This document shows positions 24,976 through 35,149 of a stretch of 64,000 nt of DNA, in pieces (positions within the stretch are counted from its first letter, which is position 1; each line of letters starts with the position of its first letter). The DNA is taken from contig JANHCV010000016.1 in assembly GCA_025594325.1 (NCBI GenBank), forward strand, positions 434,001 to 498,000, written 5' to 3'. The notes beneath the pieces are model-generated. The model did no database searches and was not told where the DNA came from. It saw only the letters and a list, made by a program, of their open reading frames with translations. The position numbers and the translations under genes are program-made. Origin of the DNA: Blastocladiella emersonii ATCC 22665. Taxonomy: Eukaryota > Fungi > Blastocladiomycota.

Positions 24976-25954
24976 GGCCGCGACACGTCGTCGCGATGCC
25001 ACGGGTGACGCGAGAGACGCGTTGCGCCACACACGAGGCTGACTCGCGCGCGAGCCAAGGGCCGAACCTCCGAGTTTGACCAAGGGATCCGAGGACGCGA
25101 GCCACTCTTCTTCAAAGATTCACACGTCGAGGAAGCGAAACGAATCACATTCAGAGCAGCAAACAAACAAACGAGGGAGGGAGAGAGAGGAAGAGCGACC
25201 CGTAGCAGGGTCGGTCGCAACGCGCGACGAATGATGACAAACAACAGCCAACTCAGACACAAACGAGGACCTTACATGCGGGGGCGGGTGGTAGTCTCGC
25301 CCTGGTTGTCAAACGAGTTGAACTTGAGCCAGTCGCCGGCGATCGGGGCGCGGACCATCTCGCCATCGAGGCCGAGCGAGCTGACGAGCGGGAGCGCGTA
25401 CGCGGCCACGACCTTGACGGCCGCGTGCAGGCGGGCCTGGATGGTCTGGCCCTGCGCGGGCGTGAGGATGCCGCGGACGAGGTAGTGCGCGAGCTGCTGG
25501 TTGACGACGTGCAGCAGGTACAGGTCGAACACCTGGCGCAGCGTGGCGGCCGCCTCGGCGTCGCCCTTGGCCTTGGCCGCGGCGATCGCCTCGACAAACG
25601 CGTCGGCCGACATGCGCTCGCCGAACGCGCGCGCAAGGGCCTGGATGCGGTCCGACTCGGTGCCCATCCACACGTCGAACACGCGCTTGCCCTGCTTCTT
25701 GGTCTGCACCTCCATGGACGTGGCGAGCTCGCGCAGCAGCGCCTGCTCGAAGGTGCGCAGTAGCGCCAGCAGGCCCTCGGGCGAGGCCAGGTCGCCGGCC
25801 CACTTGGGGTCCGCGTACTTGACGATGCCGTGCGCCGCCGCGTCAATCAGCTCCTTGGCCACCTTCTGCATCAGCACCGAGTCATCGCCCTCGGCCGTCA
25901 TGCCCGCGTGCGAGAAGCCGATCGCGATGCCGAACCCGTTGGCCGAGAGGTAGC
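24976..25954 (-). repeat. Right arm (native copy) of the 979-bp inverted duplication
   Basis: As for the left arm. A 276-bp unique spacer lies at 24700-24975. Confidence 0.95.
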
Positions 25955-27236
25955 CCTGGCCGCCGCAGCGCTCGCGGCAGGTGGTCGCGCAGTTCTCAAA
26001 GTTCCAGGTCAAAATCGGCTTGATAACGCACGCGTGCAGCACGATGAGGGCGTGCTCCTCGCGCGAGACCTTGGGCTTGAGCGAGGCCTTGGCCCAGATG
26101 TTCTTGGAGTGGTTGAGGCCAAAGTTGAGGCCGATCGTGTAGGCGAGCAGCGGGATGAGCGCGTTCTGCTGGAGCTGGTACGAGAGGATGGGCGTGTCGG
26201 ACTTGCCGGTGGGGCCGACGGTCAAACGCGTCGACGAGTACTTGAGGGCCGAGTACAGGACCGTCTTGGTGCCGCCGAGGCACATGGCGGCGATGCAGAG
26301 GCGGCCGGACAGCAGCTGGTCGGCGACCGTGAGGAAGCGGGCGCGGCGGGCCGTGATGGACGAAACGAGCTTGTTGTTGGCCACGTCCATGTCCGAGTGG
26401 CGGTTGAGCATGTTGGCGGCGGGGATGCGCACGCCCTTGTACCAGATGGAAGCGCTAGCGAGGGGACGCGATAATGGGTCAGTACACGCGATCGACCACG
26501 CACAACTACACGAGGATTCGAAAGAAACGTACTTGCCGACGCCCTGGCAGCCGATCTTGTGGCCCATGTCGTTGACGGTGACACCGGGGTACGTGCGCAG
26601 GTTCTCATCGCGGATGGGCACGGTGAAGACGTGGATGCCCTCGTTCTTGCCGTCGATGATGGTCTGGGCGAAGACGACAGCATTCCGGGCCAGAATCCCG
26701 TCAGTAACCCATGTCTTTCCTGAGCGAGGTGTAGGAGTATCAATGATGAACTCCTTGGTCTTGGGGTCCCAGGTGGCGGTGGTCTCCATCTCGACGGCGT
26801 TGTTGCCGTAGCCGACCTCGGTCAGGTTGAAGCAGCCCGAGGCCTGGAGCGTGTTGGTGGCCTTGACGAGGTAGTCGTGGCGCTCGGTGCCGAGCTTGAG
26901 CACGGTGCCGCCGTAGAGGTTGATCTGGACGGTCAGCTTGGTGGCGACCGAGCCGTCGAGCATGCCGACGACCTCGTGGACGGCGAACACGTTGAGCGGG
27001 TTGGTGTTGAAGTCGTAGATGGAGATGAAGCCGTTCTCGAAGATCTTGCGCAGGCGCTCCTGGGCAATGGCGCGCTCGTACGACATGGACACGTTGTGGT
27101 TGATGTCGAAGAAGGGGTCCTTGAGGAACTGGCGCAGGCGCTCGCGGTTCTCGTGGTTGTCGTGCTCGAGCAGCAGCTGGATCGTCTTGAGCGCCTTGGG
27201 CGACGGCGCCGCGGCGGCGGTGGTGGTGGCCGACAT
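25272..27236 (-). CDS. Peroxisomal acyl-CoA oxidase (acyl-CoA dehydrogenase/oxidase family)
   Basis: Motifs [40 protein letters not shown] and [11 protein letters not shown]. An in-frame 78-bp intron at 26455-26532 restores GVGNASIWY. C-terminal PRM is a PTS1-like tripeptide. Confidence 0.9.
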   Translation of the reverse strand: MSATTTAAAAPSPKALKTIQLLLEHDNHENRERLRQFLKDPFFDINHNVSMSYERAIAQERLRKIFENGFISIYDFNTNPLNVFAVHEVVGMLDGSVATKLTVQINLYGGTVLKLGTERHDYLVKATNTLQASGCFNLTEVGYGNNAVEMETTATWDPKTKEFIIDTPTPRSGKTWVTDGILARNAVVFAQTIIDGKNEGIHVFTVPIRDENLRTYPGVTVNDMGHKIGCQGVGKYVSFESSCSCAWSIACTDPLSRPLASASIWYKGVRIPAANMLNRHSDMDVANNKLVSSITARRARFLTVADQLLSGRLCIAAMCLGGTKTVLYSALKYSSTRLTVGPTGKSDTPILSYQLQQNALIPLLAYTIGLNFGLNHSKNIWAKASLKPKVSREEHALIVLHACVIKPILTWNFENCATTCRERCGGQGYLSANGFGIAIGFSHAGMTAEGDDSVLMQKVAKELIDAAAHGIVKYADPKWAGDLASPEGLLALLRTFEQALLRELATSMEVQTKKQGKRVFDVWMGTESDRIQALARAFGERMSADAFVEAIAAAKAKGDAEAAATLRQVFDLYLLHVVNQQLAHYLVRGILTPAQGQTIQARLHAAVKVVAAYALPLVSSLGLDGEMVRAPIAGDWLKFNSFDNQGETTTRPRM

Positions 27237-27829
27237 GGTGGTGGTGGTGGTCGGAGCGGTTGCGGTTCTTGGGTTACGGTTGCGGTTCACGCCAGGCAGC
27301 GGTTGCGGTGACGGTTCCGTGTGCTACGTGTTACGCGAGGGCGTCCGAGGAGGGCGCGACCGAGGCTTTGGGGCCGGCTTTTGGGGGGAGCGAGCGAGGG
27401 AGGGAGGGGGCGGGGGGGGGGGGCGGCCAGCGACCGCGATTCGGCCCAGTCGCAGTCGCGTGCGTTTTCACACGTTGGGCCGAGCCTAGAGCGAAAGTGA
27501 TGTCACCCTCAATAGGTCACGCGCCCAAGCACTCAACTGCCAGACGCGTCAAGGGTCACGCGTGCCTCGCACCACGTGCCGGCCGGAAAACCCGAGCCTG
27601 ACATCACGCTGCCGAAAGAGCGCGTTCCGCGTGTGAAATCCTGCCAGCACGTCGTCGACTCGGCCCGGCTCGCTCCGACCGCCGCCACTCGGTCGATCGC
27701 AAGGTGCGCGTTCTCTCTCCCGAGGACCCTCAGGACATCCCTGTACCACCCACCCATGTGCGCGCACTCGGCAACCCATGCAATCAACGCAACATGTAGC
27801 TTACGCAGCCCTCTCGTAGCCAAGAGACC

Positions 27830-28792
27830 ATGTCGGACAACGTTGCCCATGCCGTCGCCGGCGCCGCCGGTGGCATCGTGTCCACGGTCGCCACCTACCC
27901 GCTCATCACCATCAGCAGCCGCCAGGCCGCGGCCAAGAAGGGCGGCGACAAGGCCGACGAGTACAAGTCGTTCCTCGACGGCTGCCGCAAGATCGTCAAG
28001 TCCGAGGGCGTCGCCGGCCTCTACTCGGGCATCAACTCGGCCATCTTCGGCATCGCCGTCACCAACTTTGTCTACTACGGCGCCTACGAGACCACCAAGT
28101 CGGGCTTCCTCAAGACCTCGGGCCGCCGCGTCATGTCGACCATCGAGTCCATGGTCGCCGGCGCCATCGCCGGGTCGGCCACGGTCCTCGTCACCAACCC
28201 CATCTGGGTCGTCAACACCCGCATGACCGTCAAGAAGGACGCCAGCGACGACACGGCCTCCTCGTCGTCGGGCGCCCTCAAGAAGAAGCAGGCCGCCACG
28301 GCCTGGGACACGTTCCTGGCCATCATCCGCGACGAGGGCCCGACCGCCCTGTGGAAGGGACTTCTCCCCGCCCTCATTCTTGTCTCGAACCCGGTCTTGC
28401 AGTTCAGTGTATTCGAGCAGACGCGCGGTCGCCTGGAAAAGTACCGCCGCAACGCGAACGGTGGCAAGCCGGTCGCTCTGTCGTCCTTCGAGATCTTCGT
28501 GCTCGGCGCCATTGCCAAGCTGGCCGCCACGGGCATCACCTACCCGTACGTGCTAATCAAGACGCGCCTGCAGAACTCGCGCACCTCGCAGAGCAAGACC
28601 ATCCTCGACGAGTTCCGCGAGATCCTGCGCACCGAGGGCGTCAAGGGCCTGTACAAGGGTATCGAGACCAAGATCGTGCAGTCCGTGCTCACGGCCTCGC
28701 TCCTCTTCACCGCCAAGGAGGAGCTCTTCAAGGTCGCCATCTTCATCCTCACCCTCATCGGCGCGCGCGAGAAGCGCATCGCCAAGGCCTAA
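27830..28792 (+). CDS. Peroxisomal adenine-nucleotide/cofactor carrier (SLC25A17/PMP47/Ant1 type)
   Basis: Three mitochondrial-carrier repeats: TYPLITISSR, TNPIWVVNTRM and TYPYVLIKTRLQ. Also GLYKGIETKIVQSVLTA and LVSNPVLQF, typical of the peroxisomal subfamily. Confidence 0.85.
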   Translation: MSDNVAHAVAGAAGGIVSTVATYPLITISSRQAAAKKGGDKADEYKSFLDGCRKIVKSEGVAGLYSGINSAIFGIAVTNFVYYGAYETTKSGFLKTSGRRVMSTIESMVAGAIAGSATVLVTNPIWVVNTRMTVKKDASDDTASSSSGALKKKQAATAWDTFLAIIRDEGPTALWKGLLPALILVSNPVLQFSVFEQTRGRLEKYRRNANGGKPVALSSFEIFVLGAIAKLAATGITYPYVLIKTRLQNSRTSQSKTILDEFREILRTEGVKGLYKGIETKIVQSVLTASLLFTAKEELFKVAIFILTLIGAREKRIAKA

Positions 28793-28926
28793 GCGGCCCA
28801 TGTCTCGGACTCGTGTTTGGGTCCTCGTGCTTGTTCATATACTGTTTCTTCTCCGCATCCGTCACTACTTGTTCGTTCTCCTCTGCACATAGTACACGCG
28901 ATCGGCTCGCCCGTGGCGGCCGTCAC

Positions 28927-30024
28927 GGAGCCGCCGCGCTTGGCGTAGCCGCGGGCCATCTCGTCGTACCACGCGGGGATCGAGCCGGGCACGCACATGG
29001 CGCGGATCTTCTCGTACGAGCCCTTGACGAAGATGTGCAGCTTCTTGTCGACGGTCGACTCGACGAGCGAGGCCATGGTCTGCTTGGCGTGGATGAACTC
29101 GTAGCGCTTGACGATGCGCGCGAGCGACTCGCCCGTGGCGGCCGTCACATCGTCGCCCTGCAGGGCGCAGCCCGTGAACTCGAACATGGACACGTCGACC
29201 GGGTTGCCGAGCAGCTGGCGCTCGTGCGCCGTGAGCGAGTGCGCCGTGGCGAGGCCGAGGCGGTCCTGGGCGCCGAGGCGGGCGTAGTCGGACTGGAGCT
29301 CGATCAGCTTGCCCGACGACGCGTCGCCGTCACCGCCGCCGTTCGGCAGCGAGGCCGAGGCGGGGAGGAAGCCCCACATGTCGAGCCCCTCCTTGGTCAG
29401 CGTGCCCGTCTTGTCGAAGCAGAAGAGCTGCGTCTTGCCGGCCATGGTGATGCGCGGCAGGTCAATGCAGTACACCTGGTGCTTGGACACGAGGCGGTCG
29501 GCGGCGACCGACTGGCCGGCGACGAGCACCGCGGGCAGCAGCGGCGAGATGATCTCGGAGATGATGAACAGCGCGTAGAACCACGACGCGATGGTGCCGT
29601 TGCCCATCTCGCACAGGACCATGGAGAAGCACAGCACGCCCCACGTCAGCATCATCACGAGCACGACCTTGAGCTGCTCGTCGAAGACGAAAGTGATGGG
29701 CGTCGGGTGCAGCATCTTCTGGATGAGCTGGCCGCGCGACGTGTTGACGTTGGTCTTGAGGACCAGGCCGTAGGCGCCCTCGTCGGCCTGCAGGATGCCC
29801 GTGCCGGCGAGCAAGATGTGGCGCTTGTGGTGCGTGAAGCTGAGCGTGGACTCGTCGTTGGTCGGGGCGGGGAACTTGCGGATCGGGCGCGACTCGCCCG
29901 TGAGCGAGCTCTCGTCGAGCAGGGCCTGGCCGCGGCACAGCAGCACGTCGACCGACAGGACGCCGGCCGAGACCTGGACCACGTCGCCGGGCGCGAGGGC
30001 GCGGCTGTCGACGACGAAGGGGAA
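28927..30024 (-). pseudogene. Internal fragment of a P5-type ATPase (A-domain to start of N-domain)
   Basis: Motifs DSRALAPGDVV, DESSLTGES, FDKTGTLT and FVKGSYEKI. Begins at a bare CTAACAG acceptor with no evident upstream exon. Homology breaks after YAKRG, so the rest of the P-domain and the C-terminal TM helices are missing. Confidence 0.75.
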
Positions 30025-30085
30025 CTGTTAGTTGGTGAGGTAGAACAACACCGGGGGTATATTGCGCGTCACGCTCTCAAAGCAG

Positions 30086-30976
30086 TCATCGCAGGTATCC
30101 CGAGCCCGCGTTCCGCTTGGCCACGGACTGCCGCTCGGCGAGGCGCAGGTACGCGCACACTACGACCATAACGGCCACGTCGACGCCCGCGGCCACCTCA
30201 ATGTCGTACTCGAGGTCGCCCGAGGTCGGGATAGGCGGAGCCGCCGTGCCGAAAACGGACCCGGCGCTCGCGCGCGTCGGCGACCTTGGCTGAGCCGGTT
30301 CCGGCTCGATGTCGGCCGCGCTGCCGTCGCTGAACGTGGTCGAGACGCGCAGCGACGATGGGACCGGTTTCTCGCCCGTGGGTTGCCTTGGCATCATGAC
30401 GGGCTGCGCAGTGCGTTCCCTCCGCGTGATCTTGGCCACGAGCTCGCCGCCCTTGTCAGGCTCGCCCAGGAACACCCATTTCGTGGGCGCGCGCTCGGCC
30501 GCCTTGACGTGCAGGACCGCACCGCCGGGCATCTCGACCGTGAGCCGGACGAGCGTCCGCGTCACGTCGGTCGCGACGCGCAGGAGCAGCCGGTCCGCGG
30601 CCAGGACCGCGTCGGACCCCGCCCCACTCGCGAGGTACACGTATTCGTCGCGCAGATGGAGCAGCGGGACGTCCGGCGCGCCCCCGCCGCCGCAGTGCGC
30701 GACGAGCGTGCGGCGCGTCGATGACGAGAGGCCGGGAGTCTCGATGAGCGACAAGAACGGGCCGGCGTTCTTCCCGCCGAGGCGGATCGCGGTGAAGGTG
30801 GTCTGGCGCCGTGGCACGCGCAGACGTACAGTGCACGCGAGGCGCGAGTAGTAGCTGGGGTCGCCCGTGATGGCGAGCGGCGCGGCCGGCGGCGACCACC
30901 GCGTCGAGAGCGCGCGGCCCGAGTGGTCGTACTTGGCGGCCTCGTCGGTGCACAGCGTCGATGGCGAGTTTCCCAT
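30086..30976 (-). CDS. Putative tubby-C/LURP-one-related (scramblase-like) protein with possible N-myristoylation site
   Basis: Starts MGNSPS (G2, S6). C-terminal YDIEVAAGVDVAVMVVVCAYL resembles the LOR-family terminal helix. Confidence 0.5.
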   Translation of the reverse strand: MGNSPSTLCTDEAAKYDHSGRALSTRWSPPAAPLAITGDPSYYSRLACTVRLRVPRRQTTFTAIRLGGKNAGPFLSLIETPGLSSSTRRTLVAHCGGGGAPDVPLLHLRDEYVYLASGAGSDAVLAADRLLLRVATDVTRTLVRLTVEMPGGAVLHVKAAERAPTKWVFLGEPDKGGELVAKITRRERTAQPVMMPRQPTGEKPVPSSLRVSTTFSDGSAADIEPEPAQPRSPTRASAGSVFGTAAPPIPTSGDLEYDIEVAAGVDVAVMVVVCAYLRLAERQSVAKRNAGSGYLR

Positions 30977-31382
30977 GATGGTTACGTTGGTTACATGACA
31001 TTGGAGAGCGAGAGCCATCGCGGCGACGGGGACCCGCCTTGGCGGCCATGGTCGCCGCCCGCTCGCTCGCGCGCGCGGAGCGGTTCCGCGACGGCGTTTG
31101 ACACGCTCGGCGTCGATGCCGCCTCAGGACTGCGTCACCGTACTCCCGCGGGCTTCCGTGGCGGCGACGAGGGCGGCGGCGGCGGCGGCGTGCGGTGCGG
31201 CCGTGGCCCGCACGGGTCCACTCGCGCACGCGGAGCACCGGAACAATCCGAACGGAACCCAAAGCCAATGCCCGTTTTGGAAGGGAGCTGGGCGTGAGAC
31301 ACGGATGTCTCGCACCGTGTCCACGCGTCTCTCGCACGCGGTTTTAGTTGTGAGACGTGGCGCGACGCGTTATTATTGCCCG

Positions 31383-32062
31383 TCAAGACCCCGTTCCGAC
31401 CACCAGCGCGCGGTGCTGTGCCTCGACCTCGCGCAGCAGCTTGAGGTTGGTCTGCAGGTCCGTGAGCCGCGGGACGTGTCGTGTGAAGGACACGAGGAAG
31501 AGCGACATGCCGACGGCCAGCAGCCACATGCCTGAGAAGAGCGGGAACGCGCGCACCTCGACGATCAGGCATCCGAGGCTACTCGGTGGAACACGCGTCA
31601 GTTGATGGTCACCAAGGACGGGACACCACCTACAAAATGTACAGCAGCCCGCGCCCACGTGTCGTGTAGAGGAACAAAAGGTACTCGACGGCGTGGTCGA
31701 CCTCCTTGACTGTCCACTCGTTAGCTGCACACCTCACGAGAGATCTCAGGAACGCGTACGCTCGATGATGAGGAACGCGATGCCCAGCACACTTCAAACG
31801 CAACGCGTCAGTCGCCCTTCCCACCAAACCTCGTCGCTCACACGCACCACGCGTAGACGTTGACGAGGGCCACGCTAAAGTAGGCGTCGGACGTGGCCAG
31901 CTTGTACAAGGTGCAGCTGATGAAGACGGCCGTGGTTGCCAGGTTTACCGCGTTGCCAACGAGTGCGCGCCGCGCGCGGTACTCTTCGAGCTGGCCGAGC
32001 GCCTCGTACTGGTCGGCCGTGGATCCGGCGCGTGGCGGCGTGTGCGTTGCATGGGCTGTCAT
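31383..32062 (-). CDS. COPI-associated (Tvp15-like) small Golgi membrane protein, 4 exons
   Basis: Manual splicing gives ...VALVNVYAVLGIAFLIIE-PNEW...FLYTTRGRGLLYIF-LGCL..., resembling the COPI_assoc motif F-Y...GRG..YIF-G. Confidence 0.6.
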
Positions 32063-32122
32063 CGTGAACGGGTACTCACGAGGTTGACTGTGAAGAGCAG
32101 AGTCAGAACACGCGTGTTGTAT

Positions 32123-33185
32123 TCACTGCTTCTTGCGGCCACGGTCCGAGAACGTGTACCCGCCCTGCGCGTACTGCTTGTCGGGGTCAAACACCTCCCA
32201 CCGGCTGGCGGGGAAAATGTGCTTGTTGCGCTCGTACCAGGCGCGCTGGCACACCTTGCCCGGGTGCGACTCGACAATCTCCTGGGTCGCGTCGTTGACG
32301 AGGCGCACGTCGTCGCGGATCGTGAACTCGAAGATGGGGCCCGACTTGCCGCGCACCTTGTTGATGATAAAGTCGTAGAAGGTGAGGTGGTGCGACAGGA
32401 TCAGGTCCTCCTTGACGAAGATGAGGTTGTCGGCGGCGACGCCGCGCAGGTCGGGCCACTGCGAGCGCACCTTCTCGAGGAACGCGTGCACCGTGTCGCC
32501 CTTCTTGACAACGACCTTGTTGCGGTGCCCGTTGCCGTCCCAGTATGAGTACTCGATGGTGATCTCCTCCTGCTTGACCTGCTCCTGCTGCCGCTCCCAC
32601 TCGGCCCGCAGCCGCTCGCGCTCGCGCCGGTCCTCCTCCTCGCGCTGCCGGTCGGGCAGGAACGACGTGTCCACCGTCGGGTCCTTGGTCCGCTTCTTGG
32701 CGATGAGCGGCGGCGCGAGCACCTCGTCATCGTCGAACGAGAGCGCCGCCGTGTTGAGGGTGCGGGATTTACCAGCCGCGCCCTTCTTCTTCTTCTTGGG
32801 TGGCTCGGCGCCGCCGCCGCCCGCCGCGTCGCCGGCCGCAAGGTCGAGCGTCGAGCCCAACATGCCGTCGGCCTTGCGCTTGTGCTCGAGGCGCTCGCGG
32901 ATCGAGCGGTACTCGTCAAGGTGCACCAGGCCGACCGTGTCCATCTTGAGCTGCGACTCGACGTCGGCCGTCGTCGACACGAAGCGGTCGGCGCTCGAGC
33001 GCACTTCATTGTCCTAGGCGCCATGGCTCGACGGGAGCGTCAGGGACGAGGGTCGTTCGGTAGGGAGGGAAGCGAGGGCCTACCTTGGCAATCTGCTCCT
33101 TCTTGCGCGCAAACTCGCTCAGCATCTTCTCGCGCTCCTTTTCGCGGTGCGCGCGGCGGCCCGATTCGGCGGCCGAGTCGGCCAT
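32123..33185 (-). CDS. XAP5: XAP5/FAM50 family nuclear protein, 2 exons
   Basis: Motifs TVGLVHLDEY, KDPTVDTSFLPDRQRE, ITIEYSYWDGNGHR, FVKEDLIL and RAWYERNKHIFPASRWE. Intron 33014-33083. Confidence 0.92.
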
Positions 33186-33441
33186 GGTGTGATACGTTGC
33201 AGCGAGTGGTTCTGTCGGGTCGGCACTTGCTGGCCGTCGTGAGGGGGGAGAGCCGAGTCGGGTGGGCGGTCGCCACCGTGGCAGAGGCGGTGCCGCTCGA
33301 GCACAGGCCGCCACTCATCCTCGCTCCCCCAGCTTTCAGCTTTCACGCACGATGTATCTTGAAGCAGTACAACAGTAGCGCAACCAGCAGCAGACAGACA
33401 GACAGACACACCACCCGCCACCAACCTCCAGCGCCGCCGCC

Positions 33442-35058
33442 ATGCTCGTCGCGCTCATCATCGCGTCGTCGTTCTTCTACGACAGCGTGCGCGACCGCGT
33501 CGTGGGCGGCTTCAACGCCGTGGTCCCGCCGACGGCGCGCCGCAGCCGCGCCAACCGCTATGCGCTGTTCGCCGTGCGCAAGCTGCCCGAGTGGACCGCG
33601 CCCGCCGCGTCGCCGCTCGACGCCCACGACCTGCTCGACGCCGCCGGCAACCCGCTCGCCGCCCCCCAACCTCAGCCCGCCATCACCTTCAACCTCTCGG
33701 TCGCCGAGGGCGCCGTCCGCCAGATCGCCGGCGCCATCAGCCAGACCCTGCTCTCCGTCCAGGCCTCGGCCGCCGTCGCCCACAGTGCGCAGCCGCCGCA
33801 GCCGCAGTTTTCGACTGCGTCCAACCCGAACGCCAACGCGGCCGCCGCCGCCGCCGCGCAGGCCATCGAGGCCCAGGTCGCGCAGATGGCGCAGGTCGGG
33901 TCGGCGCTCGGCCGGCAGGCCGCTGCCCGCCTCGCGCGCGCGCAGGACTCGCTCCCGTTCCCGGCCCCGTCGGTCCGCCGCCGCGTCGTCGCGTGGACCG
34001 TCGACTCGCTCGCCGTCAGCATGCTGGCGTCCGCCTTCAAGGGCTTCGGGATGCGCGGCACCGCCGCCGCCATCCTGTGGCTCGGCCGCGACCTGTGGCT
34101 CAGCCCGCTCGGGCTCTCGTCGCCCGGCCGGTGGATCGCCGGCCAGGTCGCGCTCAGCACGCGCGTCGCGCGCCAGGTGAACGCCGACTTTGCGCCCGTC
34201 CGCGACCCGGGATTGCTGGGCGAGAACCCGTCGCTCACCGCGTTCCTCAACCACCAGCAGGCCGCCGTCGTCGACCACCTCGCCGCGGCCCGCTGGCACG
34301 ACCTGGATACCTACGCGCTCGTCTCGCACAACGCCCTGCGCCTGCTCCTCGGCGCGCTCGGCCCGCTCGCCTCGCTCGTCTGGGCCGGGAGCACCGTCGG
34401 CACCTACCTCACTGCGCCCGCGGGCATGTGGGACGGACGCACCCTGTGGGACCGCTGGGCCCAGATCCAGGTCGTGGACGAGGAGGTGCTCCTCGGGTGG
34501 GCCACCACGGGTATCGTGCTCAACCGCGGCGGTACCGCGGCGCCGACTACCACGGCGGCTGGCGGCGCTGGCGCGGATGGGTCGCGCAGTCTCCCGCAGT
34601 TCATGCCGTCCGGGTACTCGGACTTTGGCCTCCCGCACCACCACCAGTCGCAGTCGCTGCGCCACCTGCACCACGGTGACGAGGACGACGAGGACGCGAC
34701 GTCGCCGATCCCGCCGTCGTTCGAGTCGATCGGCAGCGCCGAGATGTTCGTCCCGCCGTCGCAGTATTTCGGGTCGGGCACCACGCCCGTGCTCGGGACC
34801 GCCGACCTCGACCTCGACGGCGTGTTCGACGGCCACGACGAGTACCCGGACCCCGACGACGCCGACCCGATCTCGCCCCCACCCATGGCGCCCGTCCGCG
34901 ACTCTTTCTTTGGCGGGCACTTTGCTGACCTGCCGTCGCCCACGGGACCTGAGCCGTACTACCCGTTCCCGAGCGATCTCGCCACGTCTGCGGCGGCCGC
35001 CGCGGCCGCAGCGGCGTCGGATGCTGCCGAATACTCTGCCGTGTCCCCGCGCCGTTGA
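33442..35058 (+). CDS. RDD-domain-like membrane protein with acidic low-complexity tail
   Basis: RRRVVAWTVD...GRTLWDRWAQIQVV matches the RDD pattern (RRxxAxxxD ... DxxxxxxVV), with hydrophobic segments between the motifs. Confidence 0.55.
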   Translation: MLVALIIASSFFYDSVRDRVVGGFNAVVPPTARRSRANRYALFAVRKLPEWTAPAASPLDAHDLLDAAGNPLAAPQPQPAITFNLSVAEGAVRQIAGAISQTLLSVQASAAVAHSAQPPQPQFSTASNPNANAAAAAAAQAIEAQVAQMAQVGSALGRQAAARLARAQDSLPFPAPSVRRRVVAWTVDSLAVSMLASAFKGFGMRGTAAAILWLGRDLWLSPLGLSSPGRWIAGQVALSTRVARQVNADFAPVRDPGLLGENPSLTAFLNHQQAAVVDHLAAARWHDLDTYALVSHNALRLLLGALGPLASLVWAGSTVGTYLTAPAGMWDGRTLWDRWAQIQVVDEEVLLGWATTGIVLNRGGTAAPTTTAAGGAGADGSRSLPQFMPSGYSDFGLPHHHQSQSLRHLHHGDEDDEDATSPIPPSFESIGSAEMFVPPSQYFGSGTTPVLGTADLDLDGVFDGHDEYPDPDDADPISPPPMAPVRDSFFGGHFADLPSPTGPEPYYPFPSDLATSAAAAAAAAASDAAEYSAVSPRR

Positions 35059-35149
35059 TCGTTGATTTTTTGTCCATTCCAAGCCTGCTCTATGTATTCA
35101 TTCCTTCACTCACATGTCCATCAAAACTGTTTGCCCACCCTCGCCGGCC

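Noticed and set aside
28789-30024. P5-ATPase as the polyamine transporter of the 44-52 kb system (P5B ATPases transport polyamines)
   Set aside because: It is truncated, about 15 kb away, separated by unrelated housekeeping genes, and its subfamily could not be determined.
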